A stretch of DNA of 63,313 bases, the filler included, from Phoronis australis (taxonomy: Eukaryota; Animalia; Phoronida), in NCBI GenBank assembly GCA_002633005.1. It is 3 parts of 3 records of this genome, joined end to end, with 100 filler letters (N's around TTAATTAATTAA, not from the genome) between each part and the next. Parts side by side here need not be neighbours in the genome. Positions count along the whole stretch, not along the records: positions 1 to 30,890 come from NMRA01000413.1; 2 more parts are not named here. One strand, written 5' to 3'. Below, one piece after another: positions 11,740-23,972 of this stretch. Below the pieces are notes generated by a model. It searched no databases, had not been told where the DNA came from, and was given only the letters and a program-made list of their open reading frames with translations. Every line of letters starts with the position of its first letter. The first letter of the stretch is position 1. The translations under genes were made by a program, and so were the position numbers.

Positions 11740-14700
11740 CAGTGGCGGATCTACGGGGGGGTTCAGGGGGTTTAAACCCCCCCCCCTTGGGCCAGGACCC
11801 AAAATAAAAAAACCAAAAACGTCATCAGCAAAACAAAAACGACACCACCAGCGTGTGTAAACCCCAAGTAAACCAACTTGGAAAAAAATTGAGGGAGGGG
11901 GGGTTCACACTGAAAATATAATTTTTTGCATTCCGAATTGTTGTTATGAAAATCAACGCATTTGGAGTCTTCGTGGCTCATCGGCAAAACGCGCGGAGAT
12001 CAATTGTGATCACGCTTCCGTCGACACTTCTGAAGTAGCCAAGCATTTTAGCTGGATCCACCGCTGAAAGAGCAGCTCTATAGCTAATTTCTTTAGGTAA
12101 CTAGCTTCTTTACTTTAAGATATAATTTGATTTGATTAGGGGAAATACTGTGGTGCCGCAACCCTGATATTCAGTCAAATTTACGTGCAGCGTTTTTACT
12201 TCATTTGTCATGCCGTGTCATTCCATTATACCCCACACGTTTTTGTAACTCGAATTTGACTGGTGTATAGTAAAGTTGCCGTGCGCAATACAAACAGTGT
12301 ACATGTACATGTAATATTTTTGAAAAGAACTAGTTTTGCGAAGAATTGCTATTGTCGCGGGCGCTGTGGTCTGGTCGCGGAACCGTTTGAAGATGCACTC
12401 TAACAAGTTATGTCTATACAAAGAATGACCAAGGCGGCACTCACATTGACAAAGTGACCGCATTCGCGAACAGTGTACAGTACCAGAAATTGCGGGGAGG
12501 CTGTATTTTTACAGCAAAGTCTTGCGGAACTCGTGCGATGTTCAATAGGCATCCTAAGGAGCTCTAGTTCCGACCTCAACACCTACCGTCTCTCTACCTG
12601 CAATAACCACCACTGCCGTCTTCTATACTGGGAATTTCCGCAGAAAGGCCCACCCGATGAAACGCCCACTGCCCATGGGCATTTATTTGATGTTAGTACT
12701 TGGGGTTTCAAGCGTTCGGACATTGAGACGTTTATTCCGATAATGGCAAGATCGTGGGATACATCGTCTAGGTTTGAAGTAGTTCATGATGAACGGATAA
12801 AATTTAGTTGCGCATGTAAGTCTTTTGAATGGACTTGGCAACCTCAGGGGCTTAGTGCCAATTGAGCTGCCAAACGACATTGTAGAGGCTTACAAGCTCA
12901 TTGACACAGCAGTTGGCGAAGTGCAAGCGTTGGAAACAAACATCGAATATGTCTAGGTAAAATGGTTCCAAGATAAGCAAGCCATTGGATCTTATATACA
13001 GATTCCTGGGCAGTTCAGACAACAGCAGGATAGGACTAATGTTTCTGAAGAAATACCCTCGTAATAAGTTATAATTCTACACAATTTGTACATAATGTCG
13101 GTTTTTATGCTTGTGTACAATGAAAACGAAATAGAAATTATTTTTGGTCATGCCAAATTTACCCAATACAGCAGAAGGTCTACGAGCGCACAAAAACTGA
13201 TTCTGGTTTGTATTTCCACTTGGCTCTATCTGCTTCATATCCAAAATTAATTTCACGTAGTGCGTAGTTAAATTTGTACTCAATACTTGTTTCTTCCAGT
13301 GAGTACTACAGAACGGTGCGAAAACCCTTCCTAGACAACCTCTCGCAGCAGTTGACGCCCAGATGTATAAAATACACGTATGAGCAACCACTGGGCATTA
13401 AAAAGTGTCTAGAGAGAGGTTTTCAATTCAAAAGTTTTTGCGTAGTACGCTTTAGGTCTCGCGACGGACCAGGCCAGCTTGATTTGTGTAGATATTGAGT
13501 TTCAGTGTACTTGTGGTCCATCGACGAACTAGTCTTGTGATGTTTTTTTTTTTACCAAAGTGTGCTTTGTAAAACTATTTATCTCAGCCAGTACTGTTTG
13601 GTCCAGCGACATATCGACTAGTTTTATAAGAATAATAAGCACAGGTGTACTTTTGGTCTCGTGACGGACCAGGCCAGCCTTTTTGTGTACTCTCAGTGTA
13701 CATGTGGTCCCTCTGCGAACTGGTACTGTTTATCTTTTCACCACGATGTACAGAATGTTTTGGTTTCGTGAAACTGTTTTCAGATGATTCGTTTGCAGAT
13801 ACATTTGACGTTTTTCAATTGTTGTCAACGTGATTCAGCTTAATAAAGTGATACTTAATTGTTTATTGTCGCTTTTAATAATATACTATGAGATGAGATT
13901 ACCATCGTTTGCCAGTTTTTCTTATAAAGAGACAGAACACATGTTTATTTCCAGACTAACAGTGCATGTCTTCGTTCTTAAACAACTCGAGGCTGCTGTT
14001 ACGCGATCATCTGATATTCAATTTTTTACTCCCCGTCGGTGCTCCTTATGCTCTTGATCATTTGGTAGTTGTCTAAACCCCACACACACACCACACCTTT
14101 TCATATACGCCTTTTCGTATGCTAAAAAGGTGTGTATAAGCAGATGTTCCAACAAAAATTTTTGCTGGTGGCGTGACTCATACCCAGATGTGCACAAATA
14201 TGGTTTCACGAAACTTATGAGCAACGCTCATGCGACGAAATCGAGAAGGGTTTTAAATTATCTTAAGAAAAACTCAAGAGACATGTTAAGTGCCAAAAAC
14301 TTACCAGGATGCATGGAAATTTCACTACTTAGTACTTAGTATTTGTATTTGTGTTGAAGGCCTCTGGCCCAAAGTACAATAAACAAAACAATTAATCAGG
14401 CACATTTGCACAAGCAGTCAACCCATTTAAGAGTTGTTCTCGTCTTTTAAGGGCAAAATACACATATTTAACAGCAGATATACCTGGATTAGCGAGCAGG
14501 CGTATACAGGATTCTTGAGTTGGATGCCTCCATTGAACTTCCTTCATAAAACGTGACCTAAGTTCACAATATCCCTTGCAAACCAACAGGAAATGGTATT
14601 CATCCTCTACAAGACCATCATTGCAAGCCATACATAATCTATTGTAATATTCCACTTTCTCGTGTCTACCCACTTCCACTTGTAGTCTGTGGTTGGAGCA

Positions 14701-14743
14701 ACGTAAACGAGTNCCCCTTACCGAAAACGTAGATCCGCCACTG
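11740..14743. mobile_element. hAT-like non-autonomous element (CAGTGGCGGATCT termini), possibly composite
   Basis: CAGTGGCGGATCTACG at 11740-11755 and its perfect reverse complement at 14728-14743. Flanks AGCACCG / AGCACCT. An alternative imperfect right TIR lies at 12051-12066. Confidence 0.5.
14330..14712 (-). mobile_element. Non-LTR retrotransposon ORF2 C-terminus with CCHC zinc knuckle (RTE-X-like) plus 3' tail
   Basis: RLRCSNHRLQVEVGR...RLCMAC....EDEYHFLLVC..Y..LR motif; stop at 14394-14392; short repetitive tail; 5' end breaks at the single N at 14713. Confidence 0.75.
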
Positions 14744-17536
14744 AGCACCTACGCCCTGTAAGTGACATTTAGTGCTCGAGGTGATACGGTGGGCTTTGGG
14801 CGCTTACTTGCCTCTAATTTTACCACTACGGCACTAGTAACAAAAGTCAAGAGAATCGATTCAACGATGGTAGCGTGACGTAATGCACCATGGTAATGTA
14901 CGTGAATTAGTTTGTTTACCATACATTCAAGATGAAAGACGAAACCATGGACTCGTGTATTTAACGACCGCTCAATTCTTTGTGTACGCGACCTAGATTT
15001 TTTCAAAGATTCGAGGTATGTATGGGAGTCACGTCGTTTTCTGTGTGGAGTCTTCTTGTACCCTCTCCTGCCTTTGCTGAATAAAGCTGCGTTTCGCCCT
15101 TTTTGACTGAATAACACAAGTCACACGACATTTCTTACCGTAACATGATTCTATTTTCTTTACTAACTCAAGTCATAGGCAAATGAATGCGTACACGACG
15201 CCCTATTTTCAAATTCAGTTTCCTTCTCGAGTCGTTGATGCATGGGTGCCGCAGCACAAGAAAAAGTGGGGCTATAGCCCCCAGCCCCCTTGTGGTGCAC
15301 CGCCCATACACCGTGGGCGGCGCAGTACTGCAAAATTAAGCCCTCTATGGTGCGCCTCCCATGTTAGATGGTTTCGATGTTCTTGCTGGTAACTGAAATA
15401 GGTTTCTATCACGGTAAGGAATATTACGATACTGGTTTTATGAGATTAACAGGTCTGTTTCGATTTTCGTTCTTAACTGGATGAAACTGGGAGAAATGCT
15501 TGAAGTAGACAAGGAATGTTCGAGATTAACCGAGATACTACAATGAAACCTGAAAAAGAAAAAATAGACTATAAAAAGTGGCGTTTACAGATTTTTTTTA
15601 CGTGAAGTAATCGAGTTTCGCGTAAGTAGTGGTTGCTGCTGGTGGATAGCTTTAACTTATTTTAGTCACTTGGCTTTGTTTGAAGTAACTTGTGTCATAA
15701 GTTGAGTGTGGGTTCAGTTTAAAAGATAGCTATGTTTTGTGATTGTGCGCGGAGAGAGAATGATTAAATCCAGTAATTAATTTACTCATAATAACCACCA
15801 TAATACAAATGAAACATGTTGTTAATTAAGTACACTAACAATGGAGAAGAGTAACTACGCTAGCGCCCTCTGTACGTGTAACTTCAACAATTAGCAACCG
15901 TCTTATCTGCTATTCAATCTGTAGGACTCGACACTCGCTAGGTGACAGTCTCGTTGGTTGATCCTAACTGTACTAACACACACTGTAGGCCTACTGCGAC
16001 AATGTACGAGATGGTCACAGTCCTCCTGACACAACACAAGTCGATCTGTAGCATCGCTCTGTCCACGATACACTACGCTAGCCATAGTCCTTCGTTACTC
16101 AACGACACGTGTAGGCAGCATCTGACTATCCACAGTTCAACTGGCAAGCTTTTAGTTAACTTTCTGTTCAGTAATCTTTGCCCTTGCCAAGGTCCTCTCT
16201 AGAATCTTCCACGACATGGCTCTGTTATGCTTAACATGATTTCTTCAGTTCACTGAAGCATGTCCTATTGATTCAACTACTCAACTACATCTGACTGTCT
16301 CCCAGTCAGCTGCCCCAGTTATGATAATGCGCTTACTTAACGACTGGCTAACAAAAACTATATGATCTAATATTATCATACCACTGGCTGTTAGAATATG
16401 ATCTCTGAAATTTCGTGAAGCTTACAGTACATTTACCCCTGAACACAAGAGGTAAACATCATCTTAAAACACACGTAAACAAGTTCTACCCCATGGTTTT
16501 AAAAGTTCACATGCACAACTTTTGGGCAACTTCAATGGAACTAACTTTACTAATTACATAATGTTACATATTGATATATTGATGTAATTGTTAGTTCCTG
16601 TTGTGGTTTGAGAGGCCAGTGGCCAGCCGCATTAAGTAATCTGCAGAGGTACAGGCTAGCATTGTATGCAAATGTGGAACTTGTAATGGGTGCTGTCAGA
16701 GACTGTCAGCCAAGAGTTAGTGTGTGGATTCTACAAGAAAAAGTCAAGTCTGAGAGTGCCAGAGATCTGTCTAGTTATGAACTGGAGGACATGAAGTAAG
16801 AGTGGGGTGAACGTGGAATGATTGGACCCTGGCTGAGACAGATGGTCTCATGTAAATAGCTGTGTGTCGTGCAGTCACATGTGTGTCTGTAACGTTGTAG
16901 TAGACTTTAATAGAACTGAATTCAGCTCACTCGACATTGGTACAATAGAAGAGGACAATTGGAAACATGATTAAAAAGCAAAGATCTGCTAGAACTCTCG
17001 AGTATTTCCGACTCTACCAGAACGATAGACTTTCTTTAAATTGACAGTGCTTACAGTTTGCCTAATTATGTAACATCGTGCGTGTCATTGTCTCGTTGAT
17101 TCATAATTGTTCGTGATGTCGGCTGGTGCATGATATATCTGTTGTCATGTTGTTCGAACATGTTTATGATTTCAGTGATTTGAAACTGGGGAATTACTTT
17201 GTGACACACAGTATTTATTCTGACAACTTATTATATGCTTATTAGCCGTTAGAACTTTATTTTACAGTTAGTGCGACTATTAGTGCATTGGACTCTTTGA
17301 ACATTCAAGTTTACACTTTTTGTTTTTAAGTTTTATCAAGTCCCAAAGAGGACATGCTATAGTAATGGGTAGTAAACAAAAGCTCAATTCATTATTGTAG
17401 TAACCTTAGACCTGTTCACGTTCAAGAATGTAGGCATATGATTGGCTGTTTATGTTGATTATGTATTATCCAATCAGAATTCAGTTAATAATAAAATTAA
17501 AACCTCTTCCTCTAACTGAAACAGGATTGAGTTCCG

Positions 17537-17775
17537 AGTAACGCTAGCACCGCGCTAAAAAGCAAGACTTCGCGAGATTACATGAGATAATGTCGCGTAT
17601 TTTAAATGAGCGCACGTGATTTTGGCTAGATTTCGCGAGGTCCGAACGTAAGGCTAGCTTGATTGAACCCTACCCAGGGGAGAGTTCAGTAACGCTAGGA
17701 CTTCACTAAAAACAATACTTCGTGAGATTACGTTATATATTGTCGTGTATTTTAAATGAGAACACATGATCTGGC
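17537..17775 (+). repeat. Two tandem partial copies (~151 bp period) of the MITE family seen intact at 26431-26564
   Basis: AGTAACGCTAG...CTAAAAA.CAA.ACTTCG.GAGATTAC...GTATTTTAAATGAG at 17537 and 17688 match the reverse complement of ~26480-26562. Confidence 0.75.
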
Positions 17776-18177
17776 ATCAATAATCCACTGCATAAGTGCA
17801 GTATAAGAGAAACGTTGCTTGCAACTAAAAAAAATGTTTAGGCAGGTTTAGTAATTGACCCTTATCTTTAACTACTCCCATTCAAATCACTGTACGTCTT
17901 ATCTTATCATAATAATTTGAGTATACCGATGGTTTCTTTACAAGCAATTGCATGCTTTCTTCATTCCATACTACATAAAGCACAAGTTCTGTAGAATTAA
18001 ACAGAGTTTGTTCCGGACTTACCTTTAACCAACAGCTTCAAAATGTCCGGTGGTAATGGTCTGTCGGCCTTGTCTTATAAAAAATTCCAAATTGCAGGTT
18101 CTGGGACCAGTCAGTCAATGAGATTCCGTGACGTCATTTGTTTTCAAGTGGCACCCTCTGTTGATTTGTCGAGCTCA

Positions 18178-18216
18178 TCTGTCTGGTAACCTTACCAAAG
18201 TAGGTTACCAGACAGA
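18178..18216. other. Perfect 15-bp-stem hairpin
   Basis: TCTGTCTGGTAACCT, 9-nt loop, AGGTTACCAGACAGA. Confidence 0.85.
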
Positions 18217-18283
18217 CATGTAATCCGACAGGTTCAGCTTTCAAATAATTAAGTCAAGTTGTGATTAAAATCACTTGCCAACT

Positions 18284-19455
18284 ATCGCTATTTAAGTTTA
18301 TTAATTTTTTTATTTTTCCTTTTCCACCTAGGTGGAAATATTTCAAACTAGGTGGAAATTATTTTTACCCGGGTGGAAATTATTTTAACCTAGGTGGAAA
18401 TTATTTTCACCCGGGTGGAAAATATTTCAACCTAGGTGGAAATTATTTGAACCTAGGTGGAAATTATTTTCACCCGGGTGGAAACTATTTCAACCTAGGT
18501 GGAAATTGTTTTCACCTGGGTGAAAATGTTATACATCCGGGCACCTATTTTCATCTGTGTTGTGATTGGACGAAGTCTTGTAGGTGAAGGCCGATTGGGC
18601 CAGCCATTTTGTTCAACAAAGTTCAGATTAGGTTGCAATGTCGGCGTCTTATCTGCCTCTTGGATTTGCCGCGGACTTTAACAGAGACAGTGTGATTACG
18701 TATTACGCCTAGTTCCAAAACAACTCTCTGAATAAAGTTGCCAGATTTCAGCAACGAACCCAAGCCATTAACAAATATAGTGTATGGCGTAGAATGTTGA
18801 GAAATTTCCGATAAATAAATGACAGATTATTGTTGTTGTCCAAAAGCCTCACCCTTCCCGTGCCGGGTGAAAATAATTTCCACCTAGGTTGAAATAGTTT
18901 CCACCCGGGTGAAAATAATTTCCACCTAGGTTGAAATAGTTTCCACCCGGGTGAAAATAATATCCACCTAGGTTGAAATAGTTTCCACCCGGGTGAAAAT
19001 AATTTCCACCTTGGTTGAAATAGTTTCCACCCGGGTGAAAATAATTTTCACCTAGGTTGAAATAATTTCCACCCAGGTGAAAATAGTTTCCACCTAGGTT
19101 GAAATAGTTTCCACCCGGGTGAAAATAATTTCCACCTAGGTTGAAATAGTTTCCACCCGGGTGAAAATAATTTTCACCTAGGTTGAAATAATTTCCACCC
19201 AGGTGAAAATAGTTTCCACCTAGATTGAAATAGTTTCCACCCGGGTGAAAATAATTTCCACATAGGTTGAAATAGTTTCCACCCGGGTGAAAATAATTTT
19301 CACCTAGGTTGAAATAATTTCCATCCAGGTGAAAATAGTTTCCACCCAGGTGAAAATAGTTCCCACCTAGGTTGAATTATTTCCACTTAGGTGGAAAATG
19401 AAAAAATGAAAATATAATTAAACTAAAGTAGCGATGATACTTTCGGGCCACCGTA
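18284..19455. mobile_element. Foldback non-autonomous DNA transposon with inverted 21/42-bp tandem arrays (IS3EU-like right end)
   Basis: Array of GGTGGAAATTATTT(T/C)(C/A)ACC(CG/TA) at ~18330-18550 and the inverted array at ~18865-19395. Outer imperfect inverted arms (ATCGCTA..TAGCGAT). Right end ...GGCCACCGTA. CTTGCCAACT directly repeated at both flanks. Confidence 0.75.
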
Positions 19456-19580
19456 CTTGCCAACTTACTTGTTTGTTCAACAGTAGGCACTTGTTTATCC
19501 GACAGAATCTGTCAAATTGTCATATCTGTTTCGAAAACCACTGCATATTTGACTTGACTTGACGAATTACATGTCCCTTT

Positions 19581-22500
19581 TAGTCGGTGGGCCAGATGTT
19601 GTAGGTCCTCTAGAAAATGGTTTTTGTGAGTACTTTAAGGGGGAAATTTTATTTTGGTGTTTTTTAATTCATTTATTAGAGTGTTTTCAAAATCTAAAAA
19701 GCTTCCACATATAAAGTTGCACATTTTTGAGAAATTTGAGTTTGAAGTTACCTAATAATCACCAAAGAGCTTAGTAAACTTATATTTGTAATTACAACAG
19801 TTTTGGTGACTTTTTTGTAAAACAAATAATATGGTCCCATCAGTGCCATTGTATTGAACAATATTACAGTCACATTACATGTTTTACTATTGTAGATTAA
19901 CTGTAAACAATGAAATTAAAAAATGTAAAGAGACACCTAATGGCAAAAATGCAAACTAAGTCTGAATGTTACTAGGAAGTTATTCTGGCATTGTCTGGCA
20001 ACAAAAATAACACAAAACACTTGAGACTGGGCAAAATTTGTGCCTCAGTGACTAAAACATTGACTAATGGTGTAAAATACAGCTTATTTGCATAATACAC
20101 TAGAAATACATTATAGTACAAAAACAATATAGTTGAATGATCTCTGTGAATGTGCACACAGACTGTATGAAAATAATAGATTATTCTGACAGCGTTTATC
20201 AAGCAGTATGAGACAAATACATGACGATGATCAAAGTATATACTTTCTATGACTTAATCAACAAATAAAATTAACTTTTTAATACAAAAACGAAATAACG
20301 GGGTTGGAGGTCTATTTAGGGTTGACTTGTCAAAGAACTATCCAATGTTATGCAGTCAGTGTTGCTGATGTTACTACAGTTGTCACAGCTGCACATTTCT
20401 GTACAGTTTGACCCAGCATTGCAGCACAAACTCAGTTTCCCAGCACACATGTTCTTTTTGCACTTATAGCGTTCATCGTTTAGTGGTGTCAGTGGAGATG
20501 TGGGCATTGCCATACATTTTAAGCGCAAAGCTCCACCGCCAAGGAGCCAACTATGGTCGATTAGAGAGGGTACAGCACTGCACACTGGTGATTGACCCGC
20601 AGGCAATGAAGGGTCAAACACTAAGTCCTTGCTTGGAGGCGGGCAGGATGTGGGCAAACGTTTGATTCAAAATATGTTATAATGGGCTGTGTTAATTAGA
20701 GTCAGCAAGTGAATTATTGAACACTAGCCTCAATTCACTTTCGTATCTCTTAGTAGGGCACAAGCTACAACAGTGAGTAGCTTCAACAATATTTCTTAAG
20801 ATTGCCTGTCCAAATAACTTCATGCACACCTGCTTTCTGAAGAACAGCTTCAAAATCTTGCTTTAGTTTTGAAAGGCAAATGACATCTCCATGTGTTAGA
20901 AGCTTTGATTCTATGAACTCCAAACAAAACTGTAGAAAAACATCTCTGAAAACTGTGGATTCGTCACTCTTCACAATCGTTGTCTTTCTATTTTTATAGC
21001 ATGATGATCTGTGGTACATGGCTTCTAAGACACAAGGTCTTTATCTTTGAATTTCATTTGCATATTCAGGGCTCTGGACTGAGCTGTCGCTTGCGATACA
21101 AGTCCAACTGAAAAAAAAACCGAAATGTTAACACTAATTTAACATTCAACTATGAGTGAGTAGGCGGACTTATCAGGAACTGATCCACCACCAGCCTAAC
21201 AAATTTACATGCCGTCTGATCTGTCGCATTAAAATGTTGATCGTCTAATAATTAGATTAGTTGATGCAACTGAAAATAAATCAGCTGATATACCAGTGCA
21301 GTGATTGAAATTTATTTTTTTAAATCAGATGCTCAGACCATAGTAAATCGATTTACACTTAAGGTAATCGACGTTTGACGGAATGGACAGTGGCTTCCGT
21401 CGTCCTCAAATTACGACGGCGACGATGGCCACTTAGACACTCTAATTTAATTATCATTGCAGCTACCTAAGTAATTAGTGTTGACAAATATTGAGAAGAG
21501 GTTCCCCCTATCCCAGGACTACGGCAGGGGATAACGGCCACTTGGGCATGTTGTTTGCAACCATCTACTCCATTTAACCTTCTCAAAAATTTTTGACTTA
21601 AAGTGCTTTAAAATCACACCCATTGTATAACGCCATATGATTATCCCTGAGCGCAAGCAGTGTCGATGTGGCAACTGAACAATGGAGTGTTCGAAAAACA
21701 GGATTGCAGGAGTATTTGTTTAAACTGGGAACAAATGAGAACATTAACGACCTCCTCAGAGATATCTCTGTACGCGGTACTTCTAAACTTATAGGAACAT
21801 AATTTGCCGAAAAGCATCCGGCATATGGAGTACCTATGGTATGATCACCGTCTCTACAGGGTCAGCGGTATTGTCTAAGGCCTAGACAGGCAAGGGGCTG
21901 AACAAGTTACAAAAACAACTGGTGATAATACTGAAACACACATGGAAAACACCAAGATATACCTTTCAAAAACACGTACCTGTTTTTCAAAGCTATACTT
22001 CTTTCTCTTTCTTGAAATATGGTCCATAATATACTTTTCCTGCTAACAAATGATGCACTCATGTTTCAGAATGTTCCTATCTTATTCAGGTTAATTGGGT
22101 ATTTCAGTTTTTGGAAGTATAACTGATTTTCTTGGGAAATCTTGGATAACATCTGTATCACTTTCAGCAACTTAAGCTTTAGTACTACTGCTGGTGCCTT
22201 GAAACGTTGCTATGCCGTTCTATGTCCTTTCAATTTTTTGGTCTGACACTTGGTCTTCTAGTCTACAGCACTCAGCAGCATACTGTGTAAGCTATACCAG
22301 GATATGCAGCTGTTTTCTGCACAAACGTTTGTGACACCTCTTCTTCTTTTTGATCTACTGATCTACAGAGTTCCACAGTCCAGCTTTCGTCAGGAAGCTT
22401 TCCTAAGCTTCTTTAGGCTCTAGCATCACAAGTTTGTGATGTTTGATAAACCTTGAATTATACAGGCATCACACTCCATGGGAGCAGCCATATTGAAGTA

Positions 22501-22747
22501 ACTAAGCACAACAATACAATCTGGCTCTCTGATTGGTCAATTCGATAGAAAAGCGCCACCAAGTGGCAGGAATGTGCATAATATCTTGTGCAACAAAAAC
22601 ACCTTTTTTAAAAAAATGTGCAAGTGTAGACGTGGAAACTTTTTGGAATTTGATTTATAGGTATATTATCTAGACACATAGAAAAAACTAGGTTGCCCCC
22701 CATAGTACTCACAAGGATGAACGCTATGAGATCTGGCCCACCGACTA
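19581..22747 (-). mobile_element. Academ DNA transposon, internally deleted and decayed
   Basis: Perfect 17-bp TIR TAGTCGGTGGGCCAGAT/ATCTGGCCCACCGACTA with 3-bp TTT flanks. Minus-strand remnants YHRSSCYK...VICLSKL (20783-21019) and a Cys-rich tail CKKNMC...CCNAGSNCTEMCSCDNCSN (~20380-20470) resemble Academ transposase N- and C-terminal regions. Confidence 0.8.
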
Positions 22748-22860
22748 TTTAGCAAACCACTTGTCTGTTTGTCAAATCACTTGTCAGTTTGACAGTGTCG
22801 TCTATTTTGAAACGTTTTGGTGCCCAAAAAGTACTCAGTAAATTTGATATCGGTTCACAG

Positions 22861-23086
22861 ATGGGCAACGAGCACCTGCCAGATACTTACAAATCAAGTT
22901 GGTCAACAATTGACCGCGGCTGGGCTTGGATAGTGTTAGTCGCCGGATGTATTGGGAACGTCGTAATGTGGGGAAGCTGTTACAATGTTGGGGTATTGAA
23001 CGTGCTCTTCTTAGACGCCTTCCATGATACGAAAGGAAACACCGCCTGGATTGGTGCCGTGAGCGCGTGTCTAATTTCAAGTGTTG
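22861..23086 (+). CDS. SLC16/monocarboxylate transporter (MFS) coding exon 1
   Basis: cag|ATG acceptor context; IDRGWAWIVLVA (MCT DGGWGW motif)...TAWIGAV; phase-1 donor G|gtaagg. Confidence 0.9.
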
Positions 23087-23972
23087 GTAAGGAGCTTCCC
23101 GGTTTTCAGGTGATTACAAGCAAATGTTCAAAAATCAAATTATCTGGCGGAACGAGTACGATTCTGTATGACTTCTTAGTACTTCTGTAGCTCAATAGGA
23201 TCGTTTTGCAGTTGCAGCAATGTTGCAATGAATTACAAATCGCTCGATATATTACCATCCAATTGAGAAATGCATCATGTGTTTTCCTCTACCTTACCTT
23301 ATAAAATGAAGTTTTTCCTGTCCCAGCATGTGTTCCGATCTTTGCTTTATCGCAGTCTTTCTGTCTGCACCCTCGACTCTATGCAACTTGAGTTTCCAAG
23401 GGAAATTCTAGTGTCAAATCTATTATCTACTTCAGGTTTTGTAGGACCTTAATAAACGAAAAACTATGCTTTGTCAACCATTAAAAGTATATATTTTGTA
23501 AAAGGAGAAAGGTCGAGGATTCTAAAAATATGCTTGTTACTACTGTGTCTTTATTATTGTCACGTAACCACGTTTTCAAGTCAATTTTTTATGAACAAGA
23601 AAGGTACATTCATGCCAAAATAACCTCTGACCCATTTTACCAAATCTTTCTTAAATGAAAACTTTACGTTATGTCTCAAAAACAATGTAAGGAATTTTTT
23701 ATTATTCACTTAGTTCTGGTTTTATGCCAAATTAACTCGCAAAATTCAAGGCATTTTTGTAAAAAACAGCGGTCTTATTCGTATATCGCTCGGTACGCGA
23801 AAGCTAGGCATTTCAAAGAAAAATCCTAACACCATTCACTTGATACCGGGCATTTTCTGAAGATTCTCATTACTTTGATTCCAAAAATAGATATAACACG
23901 TCGTTCTTTTTTGCAGCTTCGTGAATCATTTTTCCGTTGGTTTGCTTTTCTGTGTGTTAAAACAAGAACAGA

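Noticed and set aside
15820-17206. One or two solo LTRs (TG..CA-bounded, LTR-like composition)
   Set aside because: No matching TSD, second LTR, PBS or internal ORF could be identified.
18261-18587. 108-aa ORF with (LGGNYFHPGGNYFN)n repeats
   Set aside because: By-product of a stop-free 21-bp tandem array inside a foldback element; GTG start and no gene context.
18330-19395. CRISPR-like appearance of regular palindromic repeats
   Set aside because: Units are contiguous with no unique spacers, there are no cas genes, and the context is eukaryotic.
22789-22860. ORF-track N-terminal extension of MCT exon 1
   Set aside because: TTG start in sequence upstream of the cag|ATG acceptor.
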